From Candidatus Shapirobacteria bacterium (lineage in GTDB: Bacteria > Patescibacteriota > Microgenomatia > UBA12405): a stretch of DNA of 45,725 nt. Under the pieces are notes generated by a model. That model searched no databases. It was given only the letters and a program-made list of their open reading frames with translations, and was not told where the DNA came from. This document shows positions 27,206 through 33,277 of the stretch, in pieces. Within the stretch, counting starts at the first letter, position 1. The number at the start of each line of letters is the position of its first letter. The position numbers and the translations under genes are program-made. Where the stretch lies: contig JAHFKH010000002.1 in NCBI GenBank assembly GCA_023245435.1, forward strand, positions 1 through 45,725. The letters run 5' to 3'.

Positions 27206-27952
27206 TTAAGCTTGAAGGCTACCTAATCTTTTTTTGTGTCGTTTAACTGATTCACTGGCTTCTTTATATGTGTAATCTTCCAAACCAAACTCATTAGTGA
27301 TTATGTCGGAAATTTCAGCCATTTTATGTCCTAAATTTTTGAGTTCGAAAGCTCTTTTATCGATATCTAGCTTTGGGGCAGGTTGAAACTTTTTAGATTT
27401 GTCCGGTAATCTTTTCTGTTCAGCCATTACCATCGGCCACATAAACTTTATATCCTCCAAAGTAGTATCTGCATTTATCTCCAACATTAACGCACCGCGT
27501 TCCCCAACTCCGGAGACTATCGACACATTTCCCGGAATCATCATTGATTCAATGTTGTTAAATATCAAGTATCTTTTAACTGATTCCAGCCAATTTATTG
27601 GCAATCGATATTTTGAGACTAGATTTTTAAGGTCTCGATGAAAATCATTAATTGGGACTCTGTTATTAAATTCTTTGTTAGCCTTTTCCTTACCTAACCA
27701 ATCTTTTAACTTGATTAACATATTTTCTACTTCCGCCTCAGCCTTCCTGTTGCCATCTATAAATTCGTCCGATGCTTCACAAATCCAATTGTGCCATTTT
27801 TGATTTTCTACATCGGATACAAAACCACATTCAGAAATTTTCCACTTTTTTCGTAGTGATTTGATTTCTTCTTGAAATTTTGGATCGGAAATTAGTATTT
27901 TGGCCTTTTGGTGTAGGCGGTTTCGAGTTTTAGTAATGTGACTGTCTTTCAT
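27206..27952 (-). CDS. hypothetical protein, possible C-terminal HTH
   Basis: 248-aa ORF with an ATG start. First gene of the MTase-terminase transcription unit. The C-terminal LGHKMAEISDIITNEFG...SVKRHKKRLG looks HTH-like. I recognise no family. Confidence 0.6.
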   Translation of the reverse strand: MKDSHITKTRNRLHQKAKILISDPKFQEEIKSLRKKWKISECGFVSDVENQKWHNWICEASDEFIDGNRKAEAEVENMLIKLKDWLGKEKANKEFNNRVPINDFHRDLKNLVSKYRLPINWLESVKRYLIFNNIESMMIPGNVSIVSGVGERGALMLEINADTTLEDIKFMWPMVMAEQKRLPDKSKKFQPAPKLDIDKRAFELKNLGHKMAEISDIITNEFGLEDYTYKEASESVKRHKKRLGSLQA

Positions 27953-28105
27953 GTTCTAGCAGGATTATATCGATTCTACGCTATTGTAGGTAACTATGTT
28001 GACAAGTATATAACTAACAACACCTCAAAAATATTTGAACATATCACATAGTAGTTTAATTAAAGAAACAGATAATTTATTGAAATATTTAATAAAAACG
28101 TGACA

Positions 28106-28135
28106 TTAACATTATCATGTCGTATATTGTATAAT
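28106..28135 (+). promoter_or_regulatory. sigma70-like promoter TTAACA-N18-TGTATAAT for the MerR-like gene
   Basis: Extended -10 TGTATAAT at 28128-28135 ends 9 nt before the ATG at 28145, so the transcript would have almost no leader. Confidence 0.45.
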
Positions 28136-28144
28136 TAATTAACT

Positions 28145-28546
28145 ATGTCGTACTTGCGAATATCTCAAGCTGCAAAAATACTTAAAGTAAATACTCGGAC
28201 CCTTATGCGATGGGATAATGAAGGTAAATTTGTCGCCCACAAAGAACCACTGTCAAAAATACGGTTTTATGACGAAGTTGACATACTAAACCACGAGATC
28301 TGGTTCGAACTTAGGAGAAAACACAAAGCACATCTTAAGAAGCTCGACTCAATAAGAAAAGAAGTGGATAAGTTTGTTGTAACTCAGCCATTAGAATTCG
28401 GCGCTAACCCAAAGTTTCATAAACTCGAGGATATGAAAAAGGCATATGACGCACTAAGAGATTGGGAAAAAGAAGAAAGAAATATCACGAGCGAGTATGG
28501 TAAATTACCGAGTGGTTTTAAAGCAAAAGTTGACCCTGAAACTTAG
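28145..28546 (+). CDS. MerR/excisionase-type HTH protein (candidate recombination directionality factor or regulator)
   Basis: N-terminal YLRISQAAKILKVNTRTLMRWDNEGKF is a MerR/HTH_17-type helix-turn-helix. The C-terminus is charged and helical. Confidence 0.75.
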   Translation: MSYLRISQAAKILKVNTRTLMRWDNEGKFVAHKEPLSKIRFYDEVDILNHEIWFELRRKHKAHLKKLDSIRKEVDKFVVTQPLEFGANPKFHKLEDMKKAYDALRDWEKEERNITSEYGKLPSGFKAKVDPET

Positions 28547-28563
28547 ACAGTGAAATCGGAGTT

Positions 28564-29793
28564 CTAGCTTTCTAAACTCTTTTTTTGATTTTTAATCCTC
28601 TCAAGTAGCTCATCATAAAGAACAATTTCGATATTTTTGAACTGGTTTTTTAATATCCTAAAGTCTTCTTTTTTCGAAGAGTTGTCTAATTGGGCTGAAT
28701 TTCCCATAATTACGAATGCCCTTGGGCGTATGACATCTAAATCAATGTCTTTCTCACGTTTAACATCAGCCTTTAAGTCATTTCCTTTTCGCTCTGAGTG
28801 ATAAAGATATTTTTCAGCTTGGACAATAGCTTCTATCGCTTGTTTGTCCCACGAGTAATTTCCTCTACTATCCTTTTTGGCGATTAATAGCTTAGTTTCT
28901 GGCTTTTTGATTTCGAAAAGATCAAGATACCCCTGGGTGTCCACCAAACCAAAATCAACTTTTCTGGTTGTTCCAAGAATTACATTAAGCTGTGCGATTG
29001 AATGAATGTATTTCGAATCTATCAAAAATAGATTCTCTTCTAAAAACTTTCCCCATTCAGATTCTGACGTCTTTTTTGATGACAGTTTTTTGTCAAATCT
29101 ATCGATTACATCACTAAATGTCACCGAGTCAATTTTTAGTTTTGTATTTTTAAATAGGTCGCTTTGGGTAATTTGTAATCGATGGCTCGATTTCATTAGG
29201 GTTGAGACAATGTCCGTTACCCTACCGATATCGTGTTTATCAAAACTATCTACTCCTTGGGCAGACAGTGTCTGAATTGCAAGCTTCGTGTCAGCCGCGG
29301 CGCTATTAATCTTTTTAGCTTTCACCACTTTTGGAAATTGTGTATTAAATAACTTGTTAACAATCTGGGCTCGTCTTTGGCGATGGTAGTAGTCCATTGT
29401 ACCGAGTTCATCGGATAAACCCTCCAGACAGGAATATGTTAGGTGTAAATATTTGTTCTTTCCTTTCTTCGTAATAGAACACGCTCCGGTTTTGGAGATG
29501 TCAATTGATTTTATGTTTTTACTGTTAAAGGTTCGATGAATATAGTCAAATATACGGTTCTTACAATATCCGTTTTTCTTAAATATTTCGGGTAAAGACG
29601 AGAATCCATCAATGGTAAGTTTAGAGAAAAAGTAGTATGCAGACTTAATTGGGTAGTACTCAGTAAAGAGCTTGTTTTTATTGATTTTATAAACAAGTAT
29701 TCTTTCTGGAGATTTCTTATCATCAATAACATATCCCGATATAATTTCGCTTCCTCTAATCTTCTTGACCTCTTCTATTGTTTTTAATGCCAT
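28564..29793 (-). CDS. Shedu-like defence nuclease (DUF4263-type PD-(D/E)xK C-terminal domain)
   Basis: The C-terminal ~170 aa read EWGKFLEENLFLI...RKVDFGLVDTQGYLDLFEIKKPETKLL...AIVQAEKYL...RAFVIMGNS...FRILKNQFKNIEIVLYDELLERI. This matches my recollection of the DUF4263/SduA pattern (D...E-x-K, Q..kY, ivIiG, nieI.tYdeLl). The N-terminal ~230 aa are unassigned. Confidence 0.65.
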   Translation of the reverse strand: MALKTIEEVKKIRGSEIISGYVIDDKKSPERILVYKINKNKLFTEYYPIKSAYYFFSKLTIDGFSSLPEIFKKNGYCKNRIFDYIHRTFNSKNIKSIDISKTGACSITKKGKNKYLHLTYSCLEGLSDELGTMDYYHRQRRAQIVNKLFNTQFPKVVKAKKINSAAADTKLAIQTLSAQGVDSFDKHDIGRVTDIVSTLMKSSHRLQITQSDLFKNTKLKIDSVTFSDVIDRFDKKLSSKKTSESEWGKFLEENLFLIDSKYIHSIAQLNVILGTTRKVDFGLVDTQGYLDLFEIKKPETKLLIAKKDSRGNYSWDKQAIEAIVQAEKYLYHSERKGNDLKADVKREKDIDLDVIRPRAFVIMGNSAQLDNSSKKEDFRILKNQFKNIEIVLYDELLERIKNQKKSLES

Positions 29794-29798
29794 ATATT

Positions 29799-30683
29799 TT
29801 ACTTTTGATTAATAAAGGTATTAAAATCCATAGTTTTCTCCTGTTTATTAACAAACCAAAAGTGATCTTCAGTTATCCCAAAAATGTAACAAAATTCAGC
29901 CCATATTTTGTAAGCAATCATCTCGGGAGTTTGGTTTTCTTTCTTTATAAAGACATCTCTGTCGACCGCGGGGCCCAAAAAGTCTAATCGACCAGCAGAC
30001 GAAATCCAGTTTATATCTAGAACTAGTTCAATTATCTTTCTCTCAGGTTTAAATATGTGGATTTTATAAATTATTCCAGACGGTTTTTTAGCTAGGTGTT
30101 CCGATATTTTATTTGTAAAGTTGACAAAGTTGGATATAAGTTCAGCCGCTGCTAAACCATTAAATTTAAAGGATTCGTTTGGATCTTCGTTTTCAATGCC
30201 GTGTCCATAAAAATCCTCACTAGCGGCGAAGATAATTTGACCATCTCTAAATATCCTAATAATTTTTCTGTCTCCATTGGTGATTTGCAAATACTCACCA
30301 GCAACTGGTTTTGTGCGTCCGAGTGTCCTCAAGTCCCACCCCATGTTTCTAAAACTAACTGGATTCTCGATGTACTTAGTTAATTCCGATTCACCCCCGG
30401 CAAATAAATCCTTAACTTCATTCGGTTGAGATCTAAATGAGCTGGATATGGCAAAAGTAGTGAAGTTTCTGAAATCGGAAAAATTCTTAATGTCGTTTAC
30501 CCTATTTATTTCTTCGGGAGTGAATGTTTGGTGAACTTCATTGGCATTTTTTTCTAAAAGATAGGTCCTTACTGCTTCTCTGATCAACTCACTTCTATTC
30601 CTAATCTCAACTTCGGCTTGCTTATCAACTGCATCTAACAACTCTTCAGATAAAGTGATGTTTATTATTTGGTTTTTCCTCAT
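29799..30683 (-). CDS. ribbon-helix-helix (CopG/Arc/MetJ) domain protein fused to ~245-aa domain of unknown function
   Basis: ATG at 30683 gives MRKNQIINITLSEELLDAVDKQAEVEIRNRSELIREAVRTYLLEK, a clear RHH. I recognise no family for the rest. Its stop is 5 nt before the Shedu-like start. Confidence 0.75.
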   Translation of the reverse strand: MRKNQIINITLSEELLDAVDKQAEVEIRNRSELIREAVRTYLLEKNANEVHQTFTPEEINRVNDIKNFSDFRNFTTFAISSSFRSQPNEVKDLFAGGESELTKYIENPVSFRNMGWDLRTLGRTKPVAGEYLQITNGDRKIIRIFRDGQIIFAASEDFYGHGIENEDPNESFKFNGLAAAELISNFVNFTNKISEHLAKKPSGIIYKIHIFKPERKIIELVLDINWISSAGRLDFLGPAVDRDVFIKKENQTPEMIAYKIWAEFCYIFGITEDHFWFVNKQEKTMDFNTFINQK

Positions 30684-30689
30684 GAACTT

Positions 30690-30718
30690 ATTGTACACAC
30701 ATGTATGTGTAATTTCAA
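30690..30718 (-). promoter_or_regulatory. promoter TTGAAA-N17-TACAAT with embedded palindrome ACACAT-GT-ATGTGT (30697-30710)
   Basis: On the minus strand the sequence reads TTGAAATTACACATACATGTGTGTACAAT, then AAGTTC, then ATG. The -10 ends 6 nt before the start codon, which is leaderless geometry. A 6-2-6 palindrome fills the spacer and is a plausible RHH autoregulatory operator. Confidence 0.5.
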
Positions 30719-30736
30719 GTATTGTGGTTACCGGAT

Positions 30737-30804
30737 TGAGACACTCCTTTTTTATACTGTCTCATTTGTCTCATTTAGCTTCAAATCTTTGATAGAATGA
30801 GACA
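30737..30804. repeat. array of four 7-bp boxes TGAGACA / TGTCTCA
   Basis: TGAGACA at 30737-30743 and 30798-30804. TGTCTCA at 30758-30764 and 30767-30773. Boxes 2 and 4 extend to a perfect 11-bp inverted repeat, ACTGTCTCATT / AATGAGACAGT. Confidence 0.8.
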
Positions 30805-30899
30805 GTGGGTAAGTGGGTGTTATAGGGACAGAAAGGTTCCAGACCCACATGCTCCGCCTACGTTCGCTGAAGCTCACTCCGGCGGACACAGTCCGCTAA
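30805..30899. other. GC-rich non-coding patch with several mutually exclusive stems (unknown structured element)
   Basis: Hand count gives 54 G+C in 95 nt (about 57 percent) against AT-rich flanks. Tandem AGTGGGT at 30804-30810 and 30812-30818. Stems GTGGGT (30813-18)/ACCCAC (30843-48), TCCGCC (30853-58)/GGCGGA (30881-86) and GCGGAC (30882-87)/GTCCGC (30891-96). Confidence 0.5.
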
Positions 30900-31478
30900 T
30901 CAAAACTTTTCTGTCAATATTTTTTCGACTAACTCTCTCGTATACAATTGGTGAATATTTTGATTTTCCCAATCGATTGCGTGTCGATATTCATCATTAG
31001 AATATGCTGTTAAATTTAATTTATTGGCAATATCGTGGACATCATTATTTTCTTTGCCTTCAATTTCAAAAGTAAAATAATCGGGGGTATATTTTGATAA
31101 TTTTATTTCGACTCCCAAATAATTAAATTCCCAACTTTCCCAAAAATATATCATACCCGTATTAAATCGCATACATTCGAGCATATCTAGAGCAGATAAA
31201 AACTCCCCTGTTTTTAATTTAACCTCAACTTCTTTTCTCTCTAAATCCTGAAAGTTGCCAGTTTTGATTGAAATTTTTTCTTTATCATCACTTTTTTTAA
31301 GTCTGATATCGGTACCACTACTGTTTTTCCAGGTTTTAGTTTCTGAATCAAAACCAGGGGAAATATCAATCGATAATCGGTGATAATGATCGACCAATTC
31401 TCCTGTTTCTGATAACAATTTAAATAAATTATCAAATTTTTCTTTACTAATTTTCCCCCTGATTTCTATTTCGGTCAT
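30900..31478 (-). CDS. CYTH-domain protein (triphosphate tunnel metalloenzyme / CyaB-like)
   Basis: N-terminal EIEIRGK, then alternating charged beta-strand motifs DIRLKK, EVEVKL and FEIEG, as in the CYTH fold. Confidence 0.65.
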   Translation of the reverse strand: MTEIEIRGKISKEKFDNLFKLLSETGELVDHYHRLSIDISPGFDSETKTWKNSSGTDIRLKKSDDKEKISIKTGNFQDLERKEVEVKLKTGEFLSALDMLECMRFNTGMIYFWESWEFNYLGVEIKLSKYTPDYFTFEIEGKENNDVHDIANKLNLTAYSNDEYRHAIDWENQNIHQLYTRELVEKILTEKF

Positions 31479-31937
31479 TTATTTATCCATCCTTCCGATA
31501 TATTCACCGGTGTTGGGAAAATTATTTTTGTAATCATTTATTAATTTTGGAGTTAATTCTTTTGGTAGTAAATTATTTGGTAAATTATTCATGTCAAGCC
31601 AGGTGCACCAAACTGAACCATCAGAATGTTCGGGGTCAAGTAGATGTTCAACTTCTTCATATTTATTGATATCACCCAATATAAATAATTCGACACTATG
31701 TTCATTATCTTCTGGCATTATAAAATCACGAACATATAAGACTTTTTTAAATTCAAAATTTGCTCCGTCACACTCTTCGGCAGTTTCGCGAATACACCCC
31801 TCTAATATTGTTTCGCCGTATTCTAAATGTCCTCCAATATAATGGAAGAAATCATATTTCTGTCGATATTGGACTAATAATTTATCATTTTTGATGACTA
31901 TTAATCTTAAGCGGACGTTTATTTTGTGATTTTCCAT
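31479..31937 (-). CDS. NUDIX hydrolase
   Basis: Nudix box GGHLEYGETILEGCIRETAEECD. ATG at 31937 is preferred over the GTG at 31955. Its stop abuts the CYTH start. Confidence 0.85.
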   Translation of the reverse strand: MENHKINVRLRLIVIKNDKLLVQYRQKYDFFHYIGGHLEYGETILEGCIRETAEECDGANFEFKKVLYVRDFIMPEDNEHSVELFILGDINKYEEVEHLLDPEHSDGSVWCTWLDMNNLPNNLLPKELTPKLINDYKNNFPNTGEYIGRMDK

Positions 31938-31971
31938 GTAAATCAAATTATACACCGGGTTATAATTGGTG

Positions 31972-32412
31972 ATGAAGCCAAAAAATGGGGCGGCAGTATT
32001 AATAATGAGCCCGGATAAAATTTTATTATTTCATCGCGATAATATACCGACTATACCCGCACCCGATTGTTGGCAATTGGTGGGAGGAGGAATTGAGGAG
32101 GGAGAAACTCCAGAACAGGCACTGGTTCGGGAAGTAAAAGAGGAGGTTTGTTATGATTTGAAAAATTTTCAATTTGTGAAAAAGGTGGTGGGACAGTTAG
32201 GTGAAGAGAAATGGTTTTATGTAGCATTTGTAAATAAAGATGAAGAAAATAAATTTAAACTGGGACCCGATGAAGGACAGGAAATTGGTTGGTTTACAAT
32301 AGAAGAGGCATTAAAAATTAAATTAGCAGCGGGGACAAAAATTTTATTGGAAAAATATAAAGAAATAATTATAAAAATGATGAAAACAAAAAATGTACCA
32401 AATATTAATTGA
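31972..32412 (+). CDS. NUDIX hydrolase
   Basis: Nudix box GGGIEEGETPEQALVREVKEEV. ATG at 31972; the track start at 31966 is TTG. Confidence 0.85.
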   Translation: MKPKNGAAVLIMSPDKILLFHRDNIPTIPAPDCWQLVGGGIEEGETPEQALVREVKEEVCYDLKNFQFVKKVVGQLGEEKWFYVAFVNKDEENKFKLGPDEGQEIGWFTIEEALKIKLAAGTKILLEKYKEIIIKMMKTKNVPNIN

Positions 32413-33268
32413 GGCTTTGGTTGATAGTGCTAAAACAATTCCCCTATTGTTAATAATTTATATTGGAATTGAACTACTAGAATATAAATTTGGCAACCAA
32501 ATTCGAGAGTGGGTAGCCAAAGCGGGAAAAACAGGCCCGGTGGTGGGGGCAATTGCGGGAAGTTTTCCTCAATGTGGATTTTCGGTAATTGCCACGGCCT
32601 TGTACAATCAAAGACTGGTAACAATGGGCACATTAATAGCCGTATATTTGTCAACCAGCGATGAAGCCATACCTATAATTTTGGCTCAGCCAGATAAAGC
32701 TTATTTAATTTGGCCAATAATTGGAGTAAAAATATTGATAGCAGTGATATCGGGTTATGGGATTGATTTGATTTTTAGAAAAGAGCAATTGAAAATTATT
32801 TCTCATATTGAGTCGGTAGAAACTGGACATGATAATAAAAATCACCATCATGAAGTGGCACTAACCGAAACTGCTTGTTGTGGCCATGCGACGTGCATTG
32901 AAGTTGATAAATTTAATGTCAAAGAAGTGGTGTGGCACCCAATTGTTCATACTTTTAACGTTTTTATTTTTATATTTTTATCGACTTTATTGATTAATTT
33001 TTTATTTTTAAAACTGGGACTGGTAATTTTTGACAATGTATTTTTGATTGGATTAATTGGTTTGATTCCCAACTGCGCCTCATCGGTAGCTATCACTCAA
33101 CTTTATTTAAAGGGGGCAATTGGTTTTGGTTCGGTGGTGGCAGGGTTATCGGCTAGTGGTGGATTGGGATTGTTGATATTATGGCGAGAGGAAAAAAATA
33201 AAAAAACATTTTTTAAGATTTTGGTGTTGCTGTATGTTATTGCGGTAATAGCGGGATTAGTTGTATAA
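32393..33268 (+). CDS. multi-pass membrane protein, putative 10-TM heavy-metal exporter (ArsP_2-like)
   Basis: Two hydrophobic halves separated by a His/Cys-rich loop (HDNKNHHHEV...ACCGHATC). Motifs GSFPQCGFS and STSDEAIP. The family call is from memory and tentative. Confidence 0.5.
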   Translation: MYQILIEALVDSAKTIPLLLIIYIGIELLEYKFGNQIREWVAKAGKTGPVVGAIAGSFPQCGFSVIATALYNQRLVTMGTLIAVYLSTSDEAIPIILAQPDKAYLIWPIIGVKILIAVISGYGIDLIFRKEQLKIISHIESVETGHDNKNHHHEVALTETACCGHATCIEVDKFNVKEVVWHPIVHTFNVFIFIFLSTLLINFLFLKLGLVIFDNVFLIGLIGLIPNCASSVAITQLYLKGAIGFGSVVAGLSASGGLGLLILWREEKNKKTFFKILVLLYVIAVIAGLVV

Positions 33269-33277
33269 TAAATTTCC

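Larger units (their letters stand above)
19352..30900. mobile_element. putative integrated element / decayed prophage with large serine recombinase (boundaries approximate)
   Basis: The recombinase sits at one edge. The element carries a TerS-like/TerL pair, ParB-MTase and MTase, XRE and MerR/Xis-like regulators, and nuclease genes. Housekeeping-type genes resume on both sides. No att duplication is expected for serine recombinases, so the limits are inferred from gene content only. Confidence 0.5.

Noticed and set aside
30726-30814. GGTTACCG (30726-33) and GGGTAAGT (30807-14) resemble the half-sites ACTTACCG/CGGTAAGT of the palindrome at 19373-19390. I considered them as the other att junction.
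   Set aside because: Only 6-7 nt match each, the two sites are 80 nt apart, and matches of that length are expected by chance several times in 45 kb.
30805-30899. GC-rich patch considered as a tRNA, tmRNA 3' end, RNase P, SRP RNA or known riboswitch.
   Set aside because: I could not build an acceptor or T arm; GGTTCCAGACC does not give a 5-bp T stem. None of the consensus cores I remember (tmRNA, RNase P, 4.5S, preQ1, ZTP, guanidine, fluoride) fits. I kept it only as an unexplained structured element.
30797-31000. 67-aa plus-strand ORF across the GC-rich patch.
   Set aside because: It overlaps the CYTH gene 3' end in antisense. It has no SD or promoter and has Pro/His/Gly-rich low-complexity composition that follows from the local GC richness.
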